64,000 bases of DNA, from the NCBI RefSeq assembly GCF_009914755.1, contig NC_060937.1; one strand, written 5' to 3'. The notes beneath the pieces are model-generated. The model did not search any database and was not told the origin of the DNA. It was given only the letters and a program-made list of their open reading frames with translations. The position numbers and the translations under genes are program-made. The DNA is from the human T2T-CHM13v2.0 reference genome, Homo sapiens. Shown in pieces: positions 1-15,900 of this stretch (position 1 is the first letter of the stretch; the number at the start of each line of letters is the position of its first letter).

Positions 1-1526
1 TTGGTCCATAAAAAGAAATGTTGAATTCTGGGAAATGAATGCACACATCACAAAGAAGTTTCTCAGAATGTTTCTAAATAGTTTTTTTCTGAAGATATTT
101 CTTTTCCTCCATAGGCCTCAAAACTCTCCAAATATACTCTTGCAGATTCTGCAAAAAGAGTGTTTCCAAACTGCTCAATAAAAGAAAGGTTCAACTCTGT
201 GAGATGAACGTACACATCAAAAAGAAGTTTCTCAGAAACCTTCTGTTTAGTTTTTAGGTGAAGATATTTCCATTTTTCGTCATAGACCTCAAAGCGCCTT
301 AAACGTCCACTAGCAGATTCTAAAAAAAAAACTGCTCAATTAAAAGAAAGGTTTAACTCTGTGACATGAATACATACATCAGAGTGTAGTTTCTCAGATT
401 GCTTCTGTCTAGATTTTATGTGAAGATATATCCTTTCCTATCATAGGTCTCAAAGCACTCCAAATGTCCACTTGCAGATTCTACAAAAGAGAGTTTCAAA
501 ACTGCTCATTCAAAGAAAATTTTAACTCTATGAGATGAATGCAAACATCACAAAGAAATTTCTCAGATGGCTTCTGTCTAGATTTTATGTGAAGATATTT
601 CTTTTTCTATCATAGGCCGTGAAGCACTCCAAATGTCCACTTGCAGATTCTACAAAAAGAGTTTCAAAACTGCTTAATCAAAAGAAAGGTTTAACTCTGT
701 GAGATGAATGCACACATCAGAAAGAATTTTCTCAGATTGCTTCTGTCTAGATTTTATGTGAAGATATTTCCTTTTCCAGCATAGACCTCAAGGCGCACAA
801 AATGTCTGCTTGCAGATCCTTCAAAAAGAGGATTTCAAAACTGATCCTTCATAAGAAAGATTAAACTTTGAGATATGAATGTACACATCACAAAGAGGTT
901 TCTCAGAATGCTTCTGTCCAGTTTTTATGTGAAGATATTTTCTTTTCCACCATAGGCCTCAAGACACTCGAAATGTCCACTTGCAGATTCTACAAAAAGA
1001 GTATTTCAAAACTGGTCCTTCAAAAAAAAATGCTCAAGTCAGGGACATGAATGCATATATCACAAAGAAGTTTCTCAGAAAGCTTCTATCTGGTTTTTAT
1101 GTGAAGATATTTCCTTTTACACCATAGGCTTCAAAGCACTCCAAACGTCCACTTGCAGATTCTACAAAAAGAGTTTCAAAACTGCTCCATCAAAAGAAAG
1201 TTTCAACTCTGTGAGATGAATGTACAAATCACAAAGAAGTTTCTCAGAATTCTTCTCTCTAGTTTTTATGTGAAGGTATTTCCTTTTCCACCGTAGGCCT
1301 CAAAGCGCTCCAAATATCCACTTGCAGGAGCTACAAAAAGAGAGTTTCAAAACTGCTCCATCAAAAGAAATGTTTAACTCTATGACATGAACGCACACAT
1401 CACAAAGAGGTTTCTCAGGTTGCTTCTGTCTAGATTTTATGTGAAGATATTTCCTTTGCTACCATAGGTTGCAATGCACTCCAAATGTCCACTTGCAGAT
1501 TCTACAAAAAGAATGTTTCAAAACTG
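1..1526 (-). repeat. Alpha satellite, divergent, mostly the alternating two-monomer (dimeric) type
   Basis: ~171-bp periodic GCACACATCACAAAGAAGTTTCTCAGA...TTTTATGTGAAGATATTTCCTTTT...AAATGTCCACTTGCAGATTCTACAAAAAGAG. Includes GATTGCTTCTGTCTAGATTTT-type monomers and the A-box TTCCTTTTYCACCATAG. Confidence 0.97.
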
Positions 1527-1652
1527 GAACAGACCTGCAGCTGAGGGACCTGTCTGTTAGAAGGAGAACTAACAAACAGAAAGGACATCCACAACAAAAA
1601 CCCATCTGTACATCGCCATCATCAAACACCAAAAGTAGATAAAAGCACAAAG

Positions 1653-2668
1653 ATGGGGAAAAAACAGAACAGAAAAACTGGAAACTCTAAAAAGCAGAGT
1701 GCCTCTCCTCCTCAAAAGAAACACAGTTCCTCACCAGCAACGGAACAAAGCTGGATGGAGAATGACTTTGACGAGCTGAGAGAAGAAACCTTCAGATAAT
1801 CAAATTACTCTGAGCTATGGGAGGACATTCAAACCAAAGGCAAAGAGGTTGAAAACTTTGAAAAAAATTTAGAAGAATGTATAATTAGAATAACCAATAC
1901 AGAGAAGTGCTTAAAGGAGCTGATGGAGCTGAAAACCAAGGCTCGAGAACTACGTGAAGAATGCAGAAGCCTCAGGAGCCGATGCCATCAACTGGAAGAA
2001 AGGGTATCAGCGATGGAAGATGAAATGAATGAAATGAAGCGAGAAAGGAAGTTTAGAGAAAAAAGCATAAAAAGAAATGAACAAAGCCTCCAAGAAACAT
2101 GGGACTATGTGAAAAGACCAAATCTACGTCTGATTGGTGTACCTGAATGTGATGGGGAGAATGGAACCAAGTTGGAAAACACTTTGCAGGATATTATCCA
2201 GGAGAACTTCCCCAATCTAGCAAGGCAGGCCAACGTTCAGATTCAGGAAATACAGAGAACACCACAGAGATACTCCTCGAGAAGAGCAACTTCAAGAACA
2301 TAATTGTCAGATTCACCAAAGTTGAAATGAAGGAAAAAATGTTAAGGGCAGCCAGAGAGAAAGGTCGGGTTACCCTCAAAGGGAAGCCCATCAGACTAAC
2401 AGCGGATCTCTCAGCAGAAAGCCTACAAGCCGGAAGAGAGTGGGGGCCAATATTCAACATTCTTAAAGAAAAGAATTTTCAACCCAGAATTTCATATCCA
2501 GCCAAACTAAGCTTCATAAGTGAAGGAGAAATAAAATACTTTACAGACAATCAAATGCTGAGAGATTTTGTCACCACCAGGCCTGCCCTAAAAGAGCTCC
2601 TGAAGAAAGTGCTAAACATGGAAAGGAACAACTGGTATCAGCCACTGCAAAATCATGCCAAAATGTAA
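1653..2668 (+). pseudogene. L1 ORF1p (coiled-coil/RRM/CTD RNA-binding protein), disrupted
   Basis: ATG GGG AAA AAA CAG at 1653 (MGKKQNRK). In-frame TAA at 1797-1799 and a frameshift near 2297 that splits ORF-track pieces 1923-2303 and 2327-2668. Ends ...QNHAKM*. Confidence 0.95.
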
Positions 2669-2731
2669 AGACCATCGAGACTAGGAAGAAACTGCATCAA
2701 CTAACGAGCAAAATAACCAGCTAACATCATA

Positions 2732-6555
<3,824 letters not shown>

Positions 6556-6610
6556 ACAATGAGATCACATGGACACAGGAAGGGGAATATCACACTCTGG
6601 GGACTGTTGT

Positions 6611-6631
6611 GGGGTGGGGGAGGGGGGAGGG
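6611..6631 (+). other. L1 3'UTR G-rich tract (G-quadruplex motif), intact
   Basis: GGGGTGGGGGAGGGGGGAGGG: four G-runs with 1-nt loops. Confidence 0.8.
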
Positions 6632-6779
6632 ATAGCATTGGGAGATATACCTAATGCTAGATGACGAGTTGGTGGGTGCAGCGCACCACCATGGCACATG
6701 TATACATATGTAACTAACCTGCACAATGTGCACATGTACCCTAAAACTTAAAGTATAATAATAAATAAATAAATTAAAA

Positions 6780-9700
6780 AAAACTGCTCAATCAAAAGAA
6801 AGCTTCAACTCTGTGAGATGAAGGCACACCTCACAAAAAAGTTTCTCAGAACTCTTCTGTCTTGTTTTTTGTGAAGATATTTCCTTTTCCACCCTAGGCC
6901 TCAAAGCCCTCCCAATTTCCTCTTGCAGATTCAACAAAAAGAGTTTCAGAACTGCTCAATCAAAAGAAAGGTTTCACTCTCTGAGATGAATGCGCACATC
7001 ACAAAGAAGTTTCTCAGTTTGCTTCTGTCTAGATTTTATGCGAAGATATTTCCTTTTCTAACATAGGCTGCAAAGTGCTCCAAATGTCCACTTTCAGATT
7101 CTAAAAATATAGTGTTTCCAAACTACTCAATCAAAAGAAAATTTCAACTCTGTGATTTGAACGCACAGATCACAAAGACGTTTCTCAGAATTCTTCTGTC
7201 TAGCTTTTATGTGAAGATATTTCCTTTTCCACCGTGGGACTCAAAGCACTCCAAAAGTCCACTTACAGATCCTACAAAAAGAGAGATTCAAAACTGCTCA
7301 ATCAAAAGAAAGTTTTACCTCTGTGAGATGAATGCACACATCCCAAAGAAGTTTCTCATTTTGCTTCTGTCTAGATTTTATGTGAAGATATTTTGTTTTC
7401 TACCATAGGCCTCAAAGATCCCAAAATGTCCACTTGTAGATTCTACAAAAAGAGTATTTCAAAACTGCTAAATTGAAAATTCTCCAACTCTGTGAGATGC
7501 ATGGACACATTACAAAGAAGTTTCTCAGAATGCTTCTGTCTAGTTTTTATGTGAAGACATTTCCTTTTCCAAAACAGGCCTCAAAGCACTCCAAATATCC
7601 ACTTGCAGATTCTAAAAAAGAATGTTTCAAAACTGCTCCATCATAAGAAAATTTCAACTCTGTCACGCGAATGCACACATGTCAAAAGAGTTGCTCAGAA
7701 TGCTTCTGTCTAATTTTTATGTGAAGATATTTCCTTTTCCACTATAGGCAGTATAGCACTCCAAATATCCACTTGCAGATTCCACAAATAGAGTGTTTCC
7801 AAACTGCTGAATCAAAAGAAAGTTTCGAGTCTGTGAGATGAGTGCACACATCATAAAGAAGTTTCTCAGCATGCTTCTGTCTAGTTTTATGTGAAGATAT
7901 TTCCTTTTCCACCGTAGGCCTCAAAGCGCTCCAAATAACGAATTGCAGATTCTACAAATGAGTTTTTCAAAACTGCTCAATCAAAAGAAAGTTCAACTCT
8001 CTAAGATGAATGCACACATCACAAAGAATTTTCTCAGAATGATTCTGTCTAGTTTTTATGTGAAGATAGTTCCTTTTCCACCATAGGCCCCAAAGCGCTC
8101 CAAATGTACGCTTTCAGATACTACAAAAAGAGTGTTTCAAAACTGCTCAATCAAAAGAAAGTTTCAGCTTTGTGAGATGAATGCACACATCACAAAGTAG
8201 TTTCTCAGAATATTTCTGTAGGATTTTATGTTAAGATATTTAGTTTTCCACCATAGACCTCCTAGCACTCCAAATGTCCACTTGCAGGGTCTACAAAAAG
8301 AGTGTTTCAAAGCTACTCAATCAAAAGAAAGTTTCAACTCTGTGAGATGAGTGCACACATCACAAAGTAGTTTCTGAGAATGCTTCTATTTATTATGTGA
8401 AGATGTTTCATTTTCCAACTTAGGTCTCAAAGCACTCCAGATGTCCACCTGCAGATTCTACAAAAAAAGTGTTTCAAAACTGCTCAATCGAAAGTAAGAT
8501 TCAGCTCTGTGAGATGAAGTTTGTCAGAAATCTTTTGACTAGTTTTTATGTGAAGATATTTCCTTTTCCACCATAGTTCGCAAAGCGCTCCAAATGTCCT
8601 ATTGCAGATTCTACAACAAGAGTGTTTCAAAACAGCTCAATCAAAAGTAAGGTTAAATTCTGTGAGATGAATGCACACATCACAAAGAAGGTTCTCAGAA
8701 AGCTTCTGTCTAGCACCTAAGTGAAGATATTTTCTTTTCCACCGCAGGCCTCAAAGCACTCCAAATGTCCTTTTGCAAATTCTACAAAATGTGTTTCAAA
8801 ACTGATCAACCAAAAGAAAATTCCAACCCTGTCAGATGAATGCACACATCACAAAGAAGTTTGTCAGAATGATTCTGTCTAGTTTTTATGTGAAAATATT
8901 TCCTTTTCCACCATAGCCTGCAAAGCGCTCCAAATGTCCACTTGCAGATTCTTCCAAAAGGGTTTTTCAGACCTGCTCAATCGAAAGTAAGGTTCAACTC
9001 TGGGAGCTGCATGCTCACATCCAAAAGAAGTTTGTCAGAATGATTCTTTCTAGTTTCGATGTGAAGATGTTGCCTTTTCCACACTAGGCCTCGCAGTGCT
9101 CAAAATGTCCACTTGCAGATTCTACAAAAAGAGTGTTTCCAAACTGCTCAATCAAAAGAAAATTTCCAGTCTGTGAGGTGAATTCACACATCACAAAGAA
9201 GTTTCTCAGAATGCTTCTGTCTAGTTTTTATGTGAAGATATTTCCTTTTCCACCATAGGCCTGAAAACTCCAAATATCCACTTGCAGATTGTACAAAAAG
9301 AGTGTTTCCAAACTGCTCAATCAAAAGAAAGGTTCAAATCTGCGAGATGAATGCACACATCACAAAGAAGTTTGTCAGAATGTTTCTGTATAGTTTTTAT
9401 ATGAAGATACTTCCTTTTCCACCATAGGCTTCAAAGGGCTCCAAATTCCCACATGCAGATTGTACAAAGTGTTTCAAAGCTGTTCAATCAAATGAAAGGT
9501 TCAAACCTGTGAGATGAATGCGCACATCACAAAGAAATTTGTCAGAATGCTTCTGTCTAGTTTTTGTCAAGATATTTCCTTTTCCATCATAGGCCTCAAT
9601 GCACGCCAAATGTCCACTTGCAGATATTACAAAAAGGGTGTTTCAAAACTGCTGAATCAAAAGAAAATTTCAACTCTTTGAGATGAATGCACATATCACA

Positions 9701-9946
9701 AAGAAGTTTGTCAGAATGCTTCCGTCTAGTTTTTATGTGAAGATTTTTTTTTAAATATGCCTCAAATCGCTCCAAATGTCCACTTGCTGATTCTACAAAA
9801 AGAGTGTTTCCAAACTGCTCAATAAAAAGAAAGGTTCAACTCTGTGAGAAGACCGCACACATCACAAAGAAGTTTCTCAGAATTCTTCTGTCTAGGTTTC
9901 ATGTGAAGATATTTCCTTTTCCACCATAGGCCTCAAAGTGCTCCAA
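6780..9946 (-). repeat. Alpha satellite, divergent; dimeric type to ~7450, then a monomeric type in which TTTGTCAGAA/AAGTAAG variants appear from ~8500
   Basis: Continuous 171-bp monomers. Ends mid-monomer at ...CCTCAAAGTGCTCCAA. Confidence 0.96.
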
Positions 9947-12900
9947 TCCACTCCACTGAATTCCATTCTTTCGCATTCCATTTCACTCCATTCCACTCCA
10001 CGCCACTCCACTGCACTCCACCCCACTCCATTCCATTCCATTCCATTCCGTTCCATCCCACTCCATTCCATTCCATTCATTTCTTTCGACAGGATCTCCG
10101 TCTGTAACCCAGGCTGCAAGGCAGTGGCAAAATCTCAGCTCACGTTTCATTTCACCATTCCATTCCATTACATTACATGCCATTCCTTTCCATTCAATCC
10201 GTTCAACTCCACTCCACTTCACTGCACTCCATTCCATTCCATCATATTCCAGTTCTCTCCATTCCACTCCACTCCAATCAAGTCCAATCGACTCCACTTC
10301 ACTCCATTCCATTCCATCCCATTGCATTCAACTCCACTCCACTCCACTCCTTTCTTTTCACAGTATCTCACCCTGTCAACCAGTCTGGAGTGAAGTGGCA
10401 CAATCTCAGCTCACATTTCATTTCACCATTCCATTCTACTCCATTCCACTCAATTCCATTCCATTGCATTCCATTCAATTCCATTCCACTCCATTCCATT
10501 CCACTACACTGCACTTCACTCCACTAAACTCCATTCCAATGCATCCCACTCCATTCCACTACACTCTACTCCACTCCCTTCCATTACATCCCATTGCATT
10601 CAACTCCATTGCACTCCACTCCACTCCACTCCACTCCACTCCCTTCCATTCCATTCCATCCCACACCACTACATTCCATTCCATTCCATTCTTTCGACAG
10701 GATCTCACTCTGTCGCCCAGGCTGGAGTGCAGTGGAGCAATCTCAGCTAACATTTCACTTCACCATTCCATTGCATTCCATTCCATTCCATTCCATTCCA
10801 TTCCATTCCATTCCATTCCATTCCATTCCATTCCATAACATTCCACTGCACTCCAGTCAACTCCACTCCACTTCATTCCATACAACTCCATTCCATTTCA
10901 TTCCATTTAATCCACTCCATCCCCCTCCAGTCCACTCCACTCCATCCCAAACCATCCCATTCCATTCCACTCCATTCCACTCCAATCCACTCCACTCCAG
11001 TCTAGTCCACTACATTCCAATCGACCTTAATCCATCCCATCATATTCCACTCCTTTCCCCTCCACTCCACTCCACTCCACTTCTCTCCACTCCACTCCAC
11101 TCCATTCTATTCCATTCCATTCCACTCCATTCCGTTCCATTCATTTCTTTTGACAGGATCTCACTGTGTAACCCAGGCTGGAGTGCAGCGCCACTATCTC
11201 AGCTCACATTTCATTTCACCATTCCATTCCATTCCATTCCATTCCATTCCATTCCATTCCATTCCATTCCATTCCATTCCATTCCATTCCACTACACTAC
11301 ACTCCGTTCCATTCCATTCCATTCCACTCCATTCCAGTCCACTCAACTCCACACCACTCCACTCCACTCCATTCCATTGAATCCCATTCTATTCCACTCC
11401 ATTGCACTCCACTCCAATCCACTCTACTCCACTCCATTCCGTTCTATTCCATTCCATCCCATTCCATTCCACAGCATTCCACTCCCCTCCAATAAACTCT
11501 ACTCCAATCCACTCCATTCCATTCCATTAAACTCCATTCCATTCCATACCTTTCTTTCGACAGGATCTCACTCTGTCACACAGGCTGGAGTGCAGTGGCA
11601 CAATCTCAGCTCCCATTTCATTTCACCATTCCATTCCATTCTATTCCATTTCATTCCATTCCACTGCACTCCACTCCATTTCTTTCATTCCACTCCACTT
11701 CATTCCATCCCATTCCATTCCACTCCATTCCACTCCTCTCCACTCCATTCTATTAGACTACATCCCATTGCATTCCACCCCATTACACTCCACTGCACTC
11801 CACTCCACTCCAATACACTCCACTCCACTCCGTTCCATTCCATTCTATTCCATTCCATTGTATTCCATACCTTTCTTTTGACATTATCTCACTCTGTCAC
11901 CCAGGCTGCAGTGCAATGGCACAATCTCAGCTCACTTTTCATTTCACCATTCCATTCCATTGCATTCCATTTCATTCAATTCCATAGCGTTCCATTCCAT
12001 TCCATTCCATTCCATTCCATTCCATTCCTTTCAATTCCATTCCATTCCATTGCACTCCACTCCACTCCACTCCACTCCATTTAACTCCACTCCATTCTAT
12101 TCCACTCCATTGCTTTCCATTCCATTCCACTCCATTCCATTCCACCCCACTCCACTCCACTCCATTCCATCCCATTCCATTTCACTCCATTCCACTCCAC
12201 TCCTCTCCATTCCACTCCATTCCATTCAACTCCATCCCATTGCATTCCCCTCCGTTCCCCTCCACTCCGCTTCAGTCCACTCGAGTCCACTCCACTTCAC
12301 TACATTCCACTCCACGCCATTCCATTCCATTGCACTCAGTTATGTTTCATTCCTTTCTTTTGAGAGGATCTCACTCTGTCTCCCAGGCTGGAGTGCAGTG
12401 GCACAATCTCAGCTCACATTTCATTACACCATTCCATTCCACTGCGTTCCATTCCATTCCGTTCCATTCCATTCCATTCCACTCCACTCCAACGCATCCA
12501 TTCCACTCCATTCCATTCCATTTCACTCCACTCCACAGCACTCCACTAAATTCCATCTGGTTCCTTTAGACTCTATTCCACTCAACTCCACTCCACTTCA
12601 CTCCACTCCATTCCATTCCATTCCATTATACTCCAATCAATTCTATTCCTTTCTTTTGACAGAATCTCACTCTGTCACCCAGGGTGGAGTGCAGTGAAAC
12701 TATTTCAGTTCACATTTCATTTCACCATTCCATTCCATTCCATTAAATTCCATTCCATTCCATTCTATTCCACTCCACTCCACTCCACTCCACTCCACTC
12801 CACTCCATTCCATCCCATTCCATTCCACTCCATTCCACTCCTCTACAATCCATTCCACTCCACTCCATTCCCTTCCACTCCACTCCTCTCCACTCTAATC

Positions 12901-15900
12901 CACTCCATTCCATTCCATTCCTCTCCATTCTCTTCCATTCCTTTCTTTGGACAGGATCTCACTCTTTCCCCCAGGTTGGAGTGCAGTGGCACAATCTCAG
13001 CTCACATTACGTTTCACCATTCCATTCCATTCCATTCCATTTCATTCCATTCCATTCCACTCCACTATATCCATTCCACTCCATTACATTACATTCCACT
13101 CCACTCCAGTCCACTCCATTCAACTCCACGCCACTCCACTCCATGTCATTCCATACCATTACATTCCACTCCATTCCATTCCACTCCACTCCACTCCATT
13201 CCATTCCATTCCTTTATTTTAACAGATTCTCACTCTGTCACCAAGGCTGGAGTGTAGTAACACTATTTCAGTTCACATTTCATTTCACCATTCCAATCCA
13301 TTCCATTCCATTCCATTCCATTCCATTCCATTCCATTCCATTCCATTCCATTCCTTTCCTTTCCATTCCGTTCAATTCCATTCCATTCCATTCCATTCCA
13401 TTCCATTCCTATCCACTCCACTCCACTCCATTCCATCCCATACCATTATATTCCACTCCGTCCCACTCCACTTCACTCCATTCCAGTCCATTCTACTCCA
13501 TTCCATTCCATTCCTTTCTTTTAACAGAATCTCACTCTGTCACCAAGGCTGGAGTGCAGTAACACTATTTCAGTTCACATTTCATTTCACCATTCTAATC
13601 CATTTCATTCCATTCCATTCCTTTCCTTTCCATTCCGTTCAATTCCATTCCATTCCATTCCACTCCACTCCACTCCACTCCACTCCATTCCATCCCATTC
13701 CATTCAACTCACTTCCACTCCTTTCCATTCTACACCACTCCACTCCATTCCATTCAACTCCCTTCCACTCCAGTCCACTCCACACCACTCCACTCCATTC
13801 CATTCCATCCTATTCCATTCCACTCCATTGCACTCCACTTCACTCCACTACCCTCCACTCCATTCAATTCCACTCTAAACCATTCCATTCCACTCCACTC
13901 CACTCCAGTCCACTACTCTCCACTCCATTCCATTCCATTCCACTCCATTCCATGCCATTCCATTCGTTTTCTTCGAACGGGTCTCACTCTATCACTGAGG
14001 CTGAAGTGCAGTGGCACAATCTCAGCTCACATTTCATTTCACCATTCCATTGCATTCCATTCCATTCCATTTAATTACAATCCTTACCACTCAACCCCAC
14101 TCCATTCCACGCCATTCCATTCCATTACATTACATTTCAGTAAATTCCATTCCAGTCCACTCCACTCTGCTACATTCCATTCAATTCCATCCCATCCCAT
14201 TCCACTCCATTCCATTCCTCTCCACTCTACTCCACTCCACTCATCTCCATTCCATTCCACTCCATTCCATTCCATTCCTTTCTTTCGACAACATCTCACT
14301 CTGTCACCCAGGCTGGACTGCAGTCGCACAATCACAGCTCACATTTAATTTCACCATTCCATTCCATTCCATTCCATTCCATTGCACTCCACTGCACTCC
14401 ACTCCATTCCACTCCACTCCATTCCACATCACTCCACTCCACTCCAATGCATTACATTCCCTTTCATCCCCTTCCATTCCACTCCATTCCACTCCACTCC
14501 ACTCCACTCCATTCAATTATATTCCTTTCCATTCCACTCCATTCCATTCCATCACTTTCTTTTGACAGGGTCTCACTCTGTCACACAGGCTGGAGTACAG
14601 TGACACAATCTGAGCTCACATTTCATTTCACCTTTCCATTCCATTCCACTCCAGTCCACTCAACTCCACTCCACTCCATTCCCTTCCATTCCAATGCACT
14701 CCAATCCTCTCCTATACACTCCATTCCATCCAAATCCATTCCACTCCATTTCACTCCACTCCACTCCACTCCGATACTTTCCATTACAACACAGTACATT
14801 CCACTCCATTCCACTCCACTCAACTCCACTGTATTGCATTCCATTCAATTCCAATACACTCCATTACACTACTTTCCTATCCTTCTACAGGATCTCACTC
14901 TGTCACCCAGGCTGGAGTGAAGTGGCACAATCTCAGCTCACATTTCATTTCACCAGTACTTCCCATTCCATTCCGTTTCGTTCCATTCTGATCTACTCCG
15001 TTCCACTGCACTACATTCCACTCCCTTCCACTAAACTCCACTCAACTCCAGTCCACTCCACATCACTACACTCCATCCCATTCCATGCCACTCCTTTCCA
15101 TTCCACTGCACTCCACTCCATTCCATTCCATTACATTGCATCCCATTAGATTCCATTCCATGCCACACCATTCCACTCCACTCCACTCCATTCCATTCCA
15201 TCCCATTTCATTCCATTCCATTCCATTCCATTCCATTCCATTCCATTCCATCTGTTTCCATTCCATTCCATTCCATCCGTTTCCATTCCATTCCATTCCA
15301 TTCCATTCCATTCCATTCCATTCCATCCCATCCCATGCCATCCCATTCCATTCCATTCCATTCCTTTCCATTCCATTCCATTCCACTCCATCTCTTTCCA
15401 TTCCCTTCCACACCATTCCATTCCCTTCTTTCGACAGGATCTCACTCTGTGATACAGGCTGGAGTGCAGTAGCACAATCTCATCTCACGTTTCATTTCAC
15501 CATTCCATTCCACTCCATTCCACTCCACTTCACTCCACTCCACTCTAATCCACACCATTCCACTCTATTCCATTCCACTCCATTCGATTCCATTCCTTTC
15601 TTTGAGATGATCTCACTCTGTTACCCAGGCTGGAGAGCAGTGGCACAATTTCAGCTCACATTTCATTTCATGAGTCCATTCCATTCTATTCCATTCCATT
15701 CTACTCCACCCCACTCCACTCCATTCCATTCTATTCCACTCCATTCCATTCCATTCCATTCCATTCCACACCATTCAATTCCATTCTACTCCATTCCATT
15801 CCATTCCTTTATTTCCACTGGGTTTCACTCTGTCACCCAGAGAGGAGTACAGTGGAACAATCTTAGCTCAAATTTCATTTCACCATTCCATTCCATTCCA

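Noticed and set aside
1527-1535. Spliced L1 retrocopy (SpIRE) using the late 5'UTR acceptor
   Set aside because: The intronic AACAG is retained and no upstream L1 exon sequence is joined.
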